This document shows, in pieces, positions 47,705-57,303 of a stretch of 64,000 nucleotides of DNA (the first letter of the stretch is position 1; each line of letters opens with the position of its first letter). Source of the stretch: Pseudomonadota bacterium (GTDB lineage: Bacteria; Pseudomonadota; Gammaproteobacteria; Pseudomonadales; Ketobacteraceae); assembly GCA_036337295.1 (NCBI GenBank), contig JAYZEN010000013.1, forward strand, positions 187,862 to 251,861, written 5' to 3'. Below the pieces are notes generated by a model. That model was given only the letters and a program-made list of their open reading frames with translations, was not told where the DNA came from and did not search any database. The translations under genes and the position numbers were made by a program.

Positions 47705-49996
47705 TTATTTCCAGGGCTCGCTGTCCGGAAAGCTGACTTTGCAATCCCCCTTGGGTAGCCCCTGAATACGGGCCACACCGTTTGCGTCGGTGACACCCGT
47801 GTATTGCTTGCCGTTTTTGTCCGTCACCACATACTGGGTGTTGGCAATGGGGTTGCCCTGGGTATCGCACATCTCCAGGCTTACGTTATCCGGAAGCGCT
47901 TCAATCTGTTCGCGGGTGATGCTGGTATCTCGACTCGCCACTGCCACCCTCGTCACCGCCTCATCCGGATTCGCCTGCCCACCGGTGACCGACTGGGTGC
48001 TGACCACCTTGCTGGCCACCGGGGCGGTGTTGGGCATGGCGGGTGCGCTGGCGCTGCCAGGTTTGTCGCCCTGATCGGCGGGTTTGGGTTCACGGGGGGG
48101 CGTGATTACTGCGGGTCGGCCCGGGGTGGCCGCGCCGCCGGTGTTGATGCGGACCATGGGGCCTTTGATGGTGACGCCGCTGGGGTCCAGTTTCACCAGT
48201 CCGCCACCGGCCTTCAGGGTCAGCTCCACTCCGGCCTGGATCACCAGCGACATGCCGGCTTTCAACACAATGTCCTGACCGGCCTGCTCCACATAAGAGC
48301 CGGAGATTTTGATCTGCGCCGCCTGCCCGATGTTCTGTGACAGGTTCTGGCCGATCTTCTGATGATGGTTTTGCTTAATGGTGGTGTGCTGGTCGGCACC
48401 CACGGCCTGATTCATGTGATTGCCCACGGTGGTGTGCTGTTCGTTGCCCACCCACTCCTTCCAATCGTTTTGGGTGTACAGATCCAGATCCTTTTCGCTG
48501 TGCAGGTAGATCTGCTCCTGGCCTTTTTTGTCTTCGATGCGCAGTTCGTTGAAACCGCCTCCGCCGGGGCTGCTGATGCTCTTGAACGCGGTGCGGGTTT
48601 TGTGGGTGGGCAAGGGATAGGGCAAGGCGTTGGTGCCGTTGTAGAGGGTGCCCGTGACCAGGGGACGGTCCGGATTGCCCTCCAGGAACGAGACGATGAC
48701 CTCCTGGCCGATGCGGGGGATCACCATGGCGCCCCATTGGTTGCCCGCCAAGCCCTGGCTGACCCGCAGCCAGCAACTACTGGCCTCATCATACTGGCCT
48801 TCCCGGTCCCAGTGGAACTGGACCTTCACCCGCCCAAACTGGTCGGTGTAGATCTCCTCCCCCGCCGGGCCGGTGACGAAGGCCGTTTGGGTACCTTCCA
48901 CCCGGGGCGGCGGCGTGATGGCGGGGGCACGAAACGGCAGGGACGCGGGCATGGCGCCAAATTCACAGCTGAAGCGGCTGCCCTCACTGCTGGCACCTTC
49001 CCCCAGGGATTGGGGCTGGCGCCCCTGCACCCGCACAGACAGCAGAATCGCCTCGGCATTCAGGTCCTGGCGCGGATGGTCCTTCACCGTGAAGCGGTAG
49101 CCCGGCCACAGCCGCGGGCAATCCGATTCGCCTTCAATGCTCTGGCGTTGGGCCTGGTGGGCTTCCAATTGCAGCCTGGCGTAGCGCTCACCCTGGGCGG
49201 GATCATTGAAATCCCCGCGATAGTGGTATTGTTCCAGACCCTGATAAGGGCCGGCCTGCGCGCTCTTGTCCAGCCGCAGCTGGCTCTTCTCAAAAAAGTA
49301 ATCCCGCAGGGTGACCTTGCCCGGCCGGATGGCAGCACGGGCATGCAACCGGTAGATGGATTCCTGGTCGGACACCATGCCCGTGCGTTCCTTGTAGCGC
49401 ACGGCACGGGCACCGGCAATAGGCTGGAAGCGCCCGTTGTGATCACAGATCACCAGGGTATGGCGATCCGCATGGTGTTCGAAAAAGTAGAAGAGCCCCT
49501 CTTCCTCCAGCAGCCGGCTGATGAAGTGAAAATCCGTTTCGCCATACTGGGTACAGTATTCCCGCAGTGGATACTGCCCCCTCAGATCCAGGCTCACATC
49601 CTGGCCCTGGATATTGGCTTCCTTCAACACCTGGCGGATGATCTCCGGTACGGTTTTTTGCTGGAAGATGCGCAGGTTGCTGCGGTAAAGCAGAAACGCC
49701 AGCTTCGGCACCAGAGTGACGGTATAGAGGGTGAACTGATGGCCGCTTTCCCCCTGCCGGATTTGCAGGATTTCACCATGGAAATAGTGCGGATGGCGCT
49801 CATCAAACAGGGTCAGGAGGCCATTTTTGCCAACCAGCTTTTCCAGCGCCAGGGCATTGTTTTCGCAGGCCAGCTCCACTTCACAGCGGAACAGGTCAGA
49901 AACCGCCGCCTTTATGTCGAATCCCACCACCCGCAGGGTGTCCGGCAGGCTGGGAATCTGGAATAAAAAGCGAGTCACATTGGCAGGTACGGTCAT
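47705..49996 (-). CDS. vgrG: type VI secretion system spike protein VgrG with C-terminal extension
   Basis: 763 aa. gp27-like N-terminus (FDERHPHYFHGEI...LYRSN...), gp5-like OB and beta-helix region (GSYVEQAGQDIVLKAGMSLVIQAGVELTLKAGGGLVKLD), and an extra ~120-aa C-terminal domain after a Pro-rich linker. Confidence 0.9.
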   Translation of the reverse strand: MTVPANVTRFLFQIPSLPDTLRVVGFDIKAAVSDLFRCEVELACENNALALEKLVGKNGLLTLFDERHPHYFHGEILQIRQGESGHQFTLYTVTLVPKLAFLLYRSNLRIFQQKTVPEIIRQVLKEANIQGQDVSLDLRGQYPLREYCTQYGETDFHFISRLLEEEGLFYFFEHHADRHTLVICDHNGRFQPIAGARAVRYKERTGMVSDQESIYRLHARAAIRPGKVTLRDYFFEKSQLRLDKSAQAGPYQGLEQYHYRGDFNDPAQGERYARLQLEAHQAQRQSIEGESDCPRLWPGYRFTVKDHPRQDLNAEAILLSVRVQGRQPQSLGEGASSEGSRFSCEFGAMPASLPFRAPAITPPPRVEGTQTAFVTGPAGEEIYTDQFGRVKVQFHWDREGQYDEASSCWLRVSQGLAGNQWGAMVIPRIGQEVIVSFLEGNPDRPLVTGTLYNGTNALPYPLPTHKTRTAFKSISSPGGGGFNELRIEDKKGQEQIYLHSEKDLDLYTQNDWKEWVGNEQHTTVGNHMNQAVGADQHTTIKQNHHQKIGQNLSQNIGQAAQIKISGSYVEQAGQDIVLKAGMSLVIQAGVELTLKAGGGLVKLDPSGVTIKGPMVRINTGGAATPGRPAVITPPREPKPADQGDKPGSASAPAMPNTAPVASKVVSTQSVTGGQANPDEAVTRVAVASRDTSITREQIEALPDNVSLEMCDTQGNPIANTQYVVTDKNGKQYTGVTDANGVARIQGLPKGDCKVSFPDSEPWK

Positions 49997-50087
49997 GGGG
50001 TCAGCACTTGGGTTTTGTTAGCCTAGCGTCATACGGAATATCCGCGCTCTGAATAAAGACAGCGCCCCAACAAAGATCGAGGCCCTA

Positions 50088-50828
50088 ATGACCGACTATC
50101 GTGACGAAGCCACCGCCCCCAAGACCAATATTGAGGAGTTCCGCAAGATCGTGGAAAGCCGACGCTCCGTGCGCCGCTTTACCGACGCTCCGGTGCCGGA
50201 TGAAGTGGTGGAGGACTGTCTGGATCTGGCCATGCTGGCCCCCAATTCCTCGAACCTGCAGCCCTGGGAGTTCTACGTGGTGCGGGACCCGGCCGTACGC
50301 GCCAAACTGGCGGAAGCCTGCCTGGGCCAGAACGCTGCCACCACTGCCCAGGTACTGATTCCCATCATTGCCCGCCCGGACACCTGGAAGCAGAACAGCC
50401 TGCGCAACCTGGAGTTCTGGCCGGAAGAGACCATGCCCAGGATCATCAAAAACTATTATTCCAAGCTGGCCCTGATTCATTACAACCCGGGCCCGCTGGG
50501 TTCCTTTGGCCTGGCCAAGAAAGCCATGGGTCTGGTGGCGGGCCTGAAACGGGCGGTGCCGCGGGGGCCCTACGGCATCAATGAGATGAAGACCTGGGCA
50601 GTGAAGTCGACCGCCCTGGCAGCGGAGAACATGATGCTGGCGTTCCGCGCCCATGGCTACGACACCTGCCCCATGGAGGGGTTTGACGAACACCGGGTGC
50701 GCAAGATTCTGGACCTGCCCTCAGACGCCATCGTCACCATGATATTGGGTGTGGGCAAACGGGCCGAAGACGGCATCTATCACCGCCGCTACCGTTTTCC
50801 GCGTGAAGAATTCATTCACCGCATCTGA
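50088..50828 (+). CDS. nitroreductase family protein
   Basis: RRSVRRF...V (FMN-binding N-terminal motif) and NSSNLQPWEF. 246 aa. Confidence 0.8.
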   Translation: MTDYRDEATAPKTNIEEFRKIVESRRSVRRFTDAPVPDEVVEDCLDLAMLAPNSSNLQPWEFYVVRDPAVRAKLAEACLGQNAATTAQVLIPIIARPDTWKQNSLRNLEFWPEETMPRIIKNYYSKLALIHYNPGPLGSFGLAKKAMGLVAGLKRAVPRGPYGINEMKTWAVKSTALAAENMMLAFRAHGYDTCPMEGFDEHRVRKILDLPSDAIVTMILGVGKRAEDGIYHRRYRFPREEFIHRI

Positions 50829-50884
50829 GATCGCACCACATTCCGGCACTTGCCATAATAAACCAGTCGGTCTATTATCACCCC

Positions 50885-51454
50885 ATGAGCAGCAAAGGCC
50901 AACAGACACAAGAGCGCATTCTTTCCGCAACGCTGGATTTGATTGAACGGCAGGGCTTTCACAGCACCGGCCTGCAACAGATCATCAAAACCAGCGGGGC
51001 ACCGAAAGGGTCGCTCTATTTTCATTTTCCCGAGGGCAAAGACCAGATTGTTGCCTGCGCCCTGCAGCAGGGGGCCGAGTTCATCAACACCCTGATTCAG
51101 CATGCTTTCGCCATGGCACAGAACCCGGCCCAAGGCGTGGGCTGGCTATTTGATGGGCTGACCCGGCGCCTGCTGGATTCCCACTATGAAAAGGGGTGTC
51201 CGGTGGCCACCACGGCCCTGGAAACCGGTGACGCGCATCCTCAGGTGCGACAGGCCTGCGAACAAGCCTATGACCTGTGGCAGTCCTCCATTATCCAGGG
51301 CTTGCAGCAACAGGGGATGGATCGGGAACAGGCCAATCGGGAGGCTCCCCTGATCCTGTCCATACTGGAAGGGGCGCTGATGCTGGCCAAGGTGCGCCGG
51401 TCGCGGCTGCCCCTGGATCAGGCCCGGGATGCTGTGCTGATGCGACTGACCTAG
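50885..51454 (+). CDS. TetR/AcrR family transcriptional regulator
   Basis: N-terminal HTH ILSATLDLIERQGFHSTGLQQIIKTSGAPKGSLYFHFPEGKDQ. Confidence 0.8.
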   Translation: MSSKGQQTQERILSATLDLIERQGFHSTGLQQIIKTSGAPKGSLYFHFPEGKDQIVACALQQGAEFINTLIQHAFAMAQNPAQGVGWLFDGLTRRLLDSHYEKGCPVATTALETGDAHPQVRQACEQAYDLWQSSIIQGLQQQGMDREQANREAPLILSILEGALMLAKVRRSRLPLDQARDAVLMRLT

Positions 51455-51556
51455 GGTCTATTTTTTGATTCTTGAAATATATAGACCGGTCTATTTTTAC
51501 ACTAAACTGATCAACTGACCGGGTTTACCACACCCTCAATTAACAGGAGCAACTCG

Positions 51557-52600
51557 ATGCAGACCACACCCCAAACCATTCTGGTTACCGGCGCCAATGG
51601 ACTGATCGGCCGTTGGCTGGTGCCGGCGCTATTGGATCAAGGGTACCGTGTTTTGGCCGCCATGCGGCAGCATGAGTCCCGCGCAGCGGAATACCAAACC
51701 TGGGTGCAGCAGCACGTGCAGCAGCCCTTCCACCCGGAACGCCTGCAGTTGTGCGAGTTCCGCCTGGAACAGGTGGACACTCTGTTCTCCGCACCAGACC
51801 GGCAGCACCTGATTGCGGTCTACCATCTGGCGGCGGCGTTTCACTGGGGATTGGATCGACGCCATGCCCACCAGGTCAATGTGGAAGCGGGCAACCGGGT
51901 GCTGGAACTGGCAGCCGCCTTGCCCAACCTTCAGCGCTTCATCTGGATTGGGGGTTACCGGGTAGCCTATGCCCCGCAGCTGGACACCGACGGACTCTAT
52001 AAAACCCTGGGTGGGTATGAAGCGTCGAAGCAGATTTCCCATCAGCAGATGAAACAGAAAGCCAACCAGCTGCAACTGCCCTGGACGGCGCTGCACCCCA
52101 GCTCGGTGATCGGTGACAGCCGCAGCGGGGAAACCACCCAGTTCATCGGGGCGGCGGAGCTGGTGCAACAACTGCAGCAGGGCAAGATGCCGGCCATCCC
52201 CGGCGACCGCACCACATTCCTGCCGCTGGTGCATGTGGATTTTGTGGCGGAGTTTGCCAGCCGCCTGCTGCAGTACCCTTCCTCGGTGAATCAGGAGTAC
52301 TGGCTGCTGGACGACACCACGCCACCCCTGCCGCAATTGCTGCACCGCATTGCCCATCACCTGCAGGTAAAAGCCCCCAGCCGCCAGGTGCCGTTATGGC
52401 TATTGCGAAGGTTACCTGCATTTTTACTGCCGGGCTCCAAGGAAACCCTGTCGTTCCTGGGCTCAGACCGCTATGACGTCAGCAACACCCGGCAATTGGC
52501 TACGGAAATGGGCATCGAAGCACGGCTTCAACTGGGCAATCTGGAAGCCTGGGTGGATTATCTGGTGGAGCACCGGTTACAGCTCCATACGAATACCTGA
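51557..52600 (+). CDS. NAD-dependent epimerase/dehydratase family protein
   Basis: ILVTGANGLIGRWL Rossmann motif and a YxxxK (YEASK). Confidence 0.7.
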   Translation: MQTTPQTILVTGANGLIGRWLVPALLDQGYRVLAAMRQHESRAAEYQTWVQQHVQQPFHPERLQLCEFRLEQVDTLFSAPDRQHLIAVYHLAAAFHWGLDRRHAHQVNVEAGNRVLELAAALPNLQRFIWIGGYRVAYAPQLDTDGLYKTLGGYEASKQISHQQMKQKANQLQLPWTALHPSSVIGDSRSGETTQFIGAAELVQQLQQGKMPAIPGDRTTFLPLVHVDFVAEFASRLLQYPSSVNQEYWLLDDTTPPLPQLLHRIAHHLQVKAPSRQVPLWLLRRLPAFLLPGSKETLSFLGSDRYDVSNTRQLATEMGIEARLQLGNLEAWVDYLVEHRLQLHTNT

Positions 52601-53749
52601 GGAGATCTTCCAGGAATCCAGGTATTCGTGGCTCACCAGGCTTTCCGCATCCAGATAGAACATCAGCCCGCCCGGCACAATCATCTGGACACCGGCACCC
52701 ACCACGCCGTACAGGTCGTCCGGAGCATCGGTGATGATGGTGAATGCCGGAGCGTCCGGTGCCACCACCAGATGCGTTTGTACCGTGCGGGCATCATCTT
52801 CCTGCTCGCGGGTGATCTCGGATTTGAAGTATGGAACCAGAACCCCCTGCTGCAGGCCCAGGCTGTAGGCAGCGAACAGCGCCAGGGTAAGGGTTTCCGA
52901 GTCCACCGTCTGCCTCGCGTACGCCAGGTTCAGGTTTTCGATGGGGTCGCCACCGGTTTCCTCGTAGGCATCGATGTCCAGCTCCGACCCTTCATAGCGC
53001 AGCGCCAGATCCAGCGCCAGCGCCTGCAGGTTCATCTGGTAACCAGCCCCCAACCCCCATTGTGTTTTCTCGGAATCAAAACGGGCACGGGCGGTGTTGC
53101 GGATGAGGCCAAACCGCACATTACGGTCGGTGTCGTTCTCTTGCTGCAACCACCCCAGATAACCATCTAAATAAAAAGATGGTGAGAGCTGATAGCTGGC
53201 GAAGGCCACCCACTCCTGGCTTTCGGTACTGACCTTGCCGGCGTCGGTGTTCATGTCCAGATCGGTTTCCTGCCAGGAGAACGCGCCCCCCGCCAGCAGC
53301 CGCTCACTCAGCCGGTAATCCAGCCCCACACTGGCCAACCAGGCGCTGCCGTCATAACCGGTTTCCGCGTCGGTATTACTGCGTTCCAGATTGCGGTAAT
53401 CGATTCCGCCAAACATGCCCAGGCCGTTGAACTCCATGCGCGCAACGGCTTCGCTGTCCTCGTTTTCCGTGCCCGGCAGTTGCAGCCGCTCCCGGGCCGC
53501 CAGTTCGTTCGCTCCCTGAGTGCCGGTATTGCCGGTTTGCGACAGGGTTTCCCCGCTGCCGCCCACGGTTTCACCGGCCGCCGCACAAGTGGCCACCAGA
53601 TCGCCCTCCGGTGCGTCACAAATCACCGTGTTCAGATAATCAAAAAACGCATCGTCGTTGGTGGTGGCATGGCACAGGGGCACCAGGGGCACCACACCGA
53701 ACGCGCCCAGCAAAACGCCGTGCAGCTTCCATTGCTTGAGGTTGAACAT
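52577..53749 (-). CDS. autotransporter-type outer-membrane beta-barrel domain protein with own signal peptide
   Basis: Signal peptide MFNLKQWKLHGVLLGAFGVVPLVPLCHA. C-terminal ~280 aa show alternating aromatic/hydrophobic beta-strand periodicity typical of AT beta-domains. Starts 4 nt after the S8 protease stop. Confidence 0.5.
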   Translation of the reverse strand: MFNLKQWKLHGVLLGAFGVVPLVPLCHATTNDDAFFDYLNTVICDAPEGDLVATCAAAGETVGGSGETLSQTGNTGTQGANELAARERLQLPGTENEDSEAVARMEFNGLGMFGGIDYRNLERSNTDAETGYDGSAWLASVGLDYRLSERLLAGGAFSWQETDLDMNTDAGKVSTESQEWVAFASYQLSPSFYLDGYLGWLQQENDTDRNVRFGLIRNTARARFDSEKTQWGLGAGYQMNLQALALDLALRYEGSELDIDAYEETGGDPIENLNLAYARQTVDSETLTLALFAAYSLGLQQGVLVPYFKSEITREQEDDARTVQTHLVVAPDAPAFTIITDAPDDLYGVVGAGVQMIVPGGLMFYLDAESLVSHEYLDSWKISSGIRMEL

Positions 53750-53753
53750 GAGA

Positions 53754-54926
53754 TCACTCCATCTCTACGGTGAAATTTCCAGGCCTTTGGGGAGGGCTTG
53801 GTGGATGCTCAGTGGACTGGGTGCACTGTGAGCCATCAATGGATTTCATCGCCTCCCCCAGGTTAATCCGGCCACGGTGTTGGTTACGGGACGGGTCACT
53901 GCAGTCGTCAAGGGCCGCGCCCGCTGCACTGAACACAGGATCTGCGGATTGCCGCAGCAGGGTTACGATCTCCGCTGCGGTTTTTTCCGGTGCCATGGAC
54001 CACAGCACCGCGGCCGCTCCGCTGACAAACGCCGCGGCCTGCGAGGTCCCAAACCAGGTCGCATAGATGCCGTTCTCGTAGCGCGTCACACCACCACGGG
54101 GGGGAATCTCCGGCGACCAGGTGGACATCACCTCACTGCCGGGGGCAAAGGTGTTCACCCAACAGCCCCGGTTGGAATAGGACGCCACCCGATCGCGCAG
54201 GTTGGTGCTGCTGTTCACGCTGCCCACGGACAGCAGATTGTCGACCCCGGCCAGAGTGCAGGCGGCCGGATAATGAGGCTCATCAAGGCCACTGTTCATG
54301 GCCGCCGCCACCACCAGAACCCGGGCTTTCGGGTTCTGGGCAATGGTCTGCAGGGCGTTGCAATAGCCATTGCTCAGGGTGCTGCCGAAGCTGGCGTTGA
54401 TCACCACATTGACCTGCTGATCCTCGGAATATTGGGCCGCCGCCTTCAACCCCTGAATGGTGGACAGTTCCGTGTCCGCCCCGGTGCCGTTGACTTTGTG
54501 CACCAGATTCTCACGCAATACCCTGAGGGGCAGAATGGTGGCCTGCGGCGCTACCGAGGCAATGCCTCTGCCGTTATCCGTGGCCGCCGCAATGATGCCC
54601 GTAAGGTGGGTGCCGTGGCCGTTGGGATCGACGCTGGTGGCCACGCCGCCGTCCTCGGTCTGGATGAAATCCATGCCTGGCAGCACCGACGCCGGACTGT
54701 CTTCCGGATGCAGTACCAGGCCGCTGTCCAACACCGCCACCACCACGTTGCGGCCCTTGGAACAGGCCCAGGCGGGCTCGGGGTTAATCTGCTTCAAACC
54801 CCGCTGGGTTGGCGCTGACTGATCTTGATAGTATGGATCGTTCGGTGGTGCTGCGACTACGTTACCCCAAAACAAAACGGTCGCCAGGCTCACCGCCACA
54901 GGGCCGGTATGCGCCTTGAAAAACAT
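53754..54926 (-). CDS. S8 family serine peptidase (subtilisin-like)
   Basis: Catalytic Asp (VAVLDSG), His (HGTHLTGII) and Ser (GTSQAAAFVSGAAAV) in canonical order. Signal peptide. Confidence 0.85.
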   Translation of the reverse strand: MFFKAHTGPVAVSLATVLFWGNVVAAPPNDPYYQDQSAPTQRGLKQINPEPAWACSKGRNVVVAVLDSGLVLHPEDSPASVLPGMDFIQTEDGGVATSVDPNGHGTHLTGIIAAATDNGRGIASVAPQATILPLRVLRENLVHKVNGTGADTELSTIQGLKAAAQYSEDQQVNVVINASFGSTLSNGYCNALQTIAQNPKARVLVVAAAMNSGLDEPHYPAACTLAGVDNLLSVGSVNSSTNLRDRVASYSNRGCWVNTFAPGSEVMSTWSPEIPPRGGVTRYENGIYATWFGTSQAAAFVSGAAAVLWSMAPEKTAAEIVTLLRQSADPVFSAAGAALDDCSDPSRNQHRGRINLGEAMKSIDGSQCTQSTEHPPSPPQRPGNFTVEME

Positions 54927-55155
54927 GGATTGCTCCCTTTGCTACCCCAATGAATAACCCAATAACTGCACGTTGAATTCTTATTAATGTGCTTAGGCAA
55001 ACCGAAGCATAAACGCTGGTGGCCGGTTTTCCAAGCTTTCGCGCCCGCGCCTGCCCGGGACCCGCTCGACCAACGTCTAATACCCATCCTACATGGGGTG
55101 GTTTAAAACGTTTGATGTACAACGACAATAAAACAAGCATTCGGAGGGTTCGTGT

Positions 55156-55422
55156 ATGGCGTTCAAGAGCAAGGAAGACGCGACCGCTTACTGGGCCGCC
55201 AACGTCAAGTTGATGCTGACGCTGTTGGTGGTGTGGTTCGTGGTGTCTTTTGGTTTCGGTGTGATTCTGGTGGATGTGTTGAATCAAATTCAGCTGGGTG
55301 GTTACAAGCTCGGCTTCTGGTTCGCGCAGCAAGGTTCCATCTACACCTTTGTGGTGTTGATTTTCGTCTATGCGAAAAAGATGGGGCAGTTGGACCGCAA
55401 GTACGGCGTGGACGAGAAGTGA
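55156..55422 (+). CDS. DUF4212-type small membrane protein (accessory subunit of sodium:solute symporter)
   Basis: 88 aa, two TM helices, characteristic ...WFAQQGSIYTFVVLIFVYAKKM... Confidence 0.7.
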   Translation: MAFKSKEDATAYWAANVKLMLTLLVVWFVVSFGFGVILVDVLNQIQLGGYKLGFWFAQQGSIYTFVVLIFVYAKKMGQLDRKYGVDEK

Positions 55423-55433
55423 GGTAAAACACC

Positions 55434-57164
55434 ATGGATCTGCAAACCTTAACCTATATCGTGGTGGGCTTTACCTTTGCCCTGTACATCGGCATCGCCA
55501 TCTGGGCCCGGGCCGGCTCCACCAAAGACTTTTACGTAGCCGGCGGCGGGGTTCACCCCATTTCCAACGGCATGGCCACGGCGGCAGACTGGATGTCGGC
55601 GGCGTCATTTATTTCCATGGCCGGCATGATTGCGTTCATGGGCTACGGTGGTTCGGTGTTCCTGATGGGCTGGACCGGTGGCTTTGTGCTGTTGGCCATG
55701 CTGCTGGCACCCTACCTGCGTAAATTCGGCAAGTTCACGGTGCCGGAATTCATCGGTGATCGTTACTACTCCAAAGCCGCCCGCATTGTGGCGGTGGTGT
55801 GTTTGATCATCGCCTCGGTGACCTATGTTATCGGCCAGATGAAAGGCATCGGGGTGGCGTTCTCCCGCTTCCTGCAGGTGGATTACGGCACCGGCTTGCT
55901 GGTGGGCATGGGCATCGTGTTCGTGTATGCGGTACTGGGTGGCATGAAAGGCATCACCTATACCCAGATCGCCCAGTACTGTGTGCTGATTTTTGCCTAC
56001 ACCATTCCGGCGATTTTTATCTCTCTCAACCTCACCGGTAACCCGATTCCGCAACTGGGCCTGGGCTCCACCATGGCGGGAACGGATACGTTTCTATTGG
56101 ACAGGCTGGACCAAGTGGTGACCGAGTTGGGGTTCCATGAGTACACGACGCAATCGAGGCTTAGTCAGCTCAATATGTTCGTGTACACCATGTCCCTGAT
56201 GATCGGAACAGCCGGTTTGCCCCACGTCATCATCCGTTTCTTCACCGTACCCAAGGTAGCCGACGCCCGCACTTCCGCCGGCTGGGCCCTGGTGTTCATT
56301 GCCATTCTGTACACCACTGCGCCTGCGGTTGCCGCCATGGCACGCATGAACTTCATGAACACCATTGAACCCACCAAGGGCAATTACATGACCTATGATG
56401 AACGCCCCAACTGGTTCAAGAACTGGGAAACCACCGGTTTGCTGGAGTTCAAGGACAAGAACGGTGACGGCAAGGTGCAGTACAGCGCCAACGCCGAGGT
56501 CAACGAAATGGTGACCGTGGACCGTGACATCATGGTACTGGCCAACCCGGAAATCGCCCGCCTGCCCAATTGGGTGATCGCGCTGGTGGCCGCCGGTGGC
56601 CTGGCCGCGGCTTTGTCTACCGCCGCCGGGTTGTTGCTGGCCATCTCGTCTGCCATCTCCCACGATTTGTTGAAAGGGGTGTTCATGCCGGACATCGACG
56701 AGAAGAACGAGTTGATGGCCAGTCGGGTCGCCATGGCCGGGGCCATCGCTGTGGCCGGCTACCTGGGCTTCAATCCGCCGGACTTTGCCGCCGGGACGGT
56801 GGCGCTGGCCTTTGGTTTGGCGGCGTCCTCGATCTTCCCGGCGCTGATGATGGGTATCTTCAACAAGCGCATCAACAAGGAAGGGGCCATTGCCGGTATG
56901 GTGGCGGGTATCACCGTGACCCTGCTGTATGTGTTCCAGCATCAGGGCATCATGTTCGTCGCCAGCACGGCCTTCCTGGGTGATCTCAAACCCAACTGGT
57001 TCTTCGGGATTGAGCCCAATGCCTTCGGTGCCATTGGTGCGGTGGTGAACTTTGCGGTGGCCTTCCTGGTCTCCCGGGTGACCCAGGAGCCGCCGGAACA
57101 CGTGCAGGACATGGTGGAAAGCATCCGTATGCCGGCCGGCGCCGGGGATGCCCAAGCCCACTGA
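55434..57164 (+). CDS. sodium:solute symporter family transporter (ActP/VC_2705-like cation/acetate symporter)
   Basis: 576 aa, ~13 TM. SSS signature region (GGMKGITYTQIAQ). Encoded directly after DUF4212, as in known pairs. Confidence 0.85.
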   Translation: MDLQTLTYIVVGFTFALYIGIAIWARAGSTKDFYVAGGGVHPISNGMATAADWMSAASFISMAGMIAFMGYGGSVFLMGWTGGFVLLAMLLAPYLRKFGKFTVPEFIGDRYYSKAARIVAVVCLIIASVTYVIGQMKGIGVAFSRFLQVDYGTGLLVGMGIVFVYAVLGGMKGITYTQIAQYCVLIFAYTIPAIFISLNLTGNPIPQLGLGSTMAGTDTFLLDRLDQVVTELGFHEYTTQSRLSQLNMFVYTMSLMIGTAGLPHVIIRFFTVPKVADARTSAGWALVFIAILYTTAPAVAAMARMNFMNTIEPTKGNYMTYDERPNWFKNWETTGLLEFKDKNGDGKVQYSANAEVNEMVTVDRDIMVLANPEIARLPNWVIALVAAGGLAAALSTAAGLLLAISSAISHDLLKGVFMPDIDEKNELMASRVAMAGAIAVAGYLGFNPPDFAAGTVALAFGLAASSIFPALMMGIFNKRINKEGAIAGMVAGITVTLLYVFQHQGIMFVASTAFLGDLKPNWFFGIEPNAFGAIGAVVNFAVAFLVSRVTQEPPEHVQDMVESIRMPAGAGDAQAH

Positions 57165-57177
57165 TCTGTAACCCACG

Positions 57178-57232
57178 GCCCGGACACAATCCGGGCCAGA
57201 CCCCAAGCCTCCATCACCACAAGTACTGGGGG
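57178..57232 (+). terminator. terminator region after symporter gene
   Basis: Perfect hairpin GGCCCGG-acacaat-CCGGGCC, then a second weak stem and a T9 tract. Confidence 0.5.
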
Positions 57233-57303
57233 CTTTTTTTTGGGTACTATACTGACGCTGACGCCAATACACTGACGCCAGCCAGCAACCATACGAGTCG
57301 CAC

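Noticed and set aside
52577-54926. S8 protease + barrel as a simple frameshift pseudogene of one autotransporter
   Set aside because: The second ORF begins with its own convincing signal peptide, which an internal fragment would not have. Fission remains possible and is flagged as a finding.
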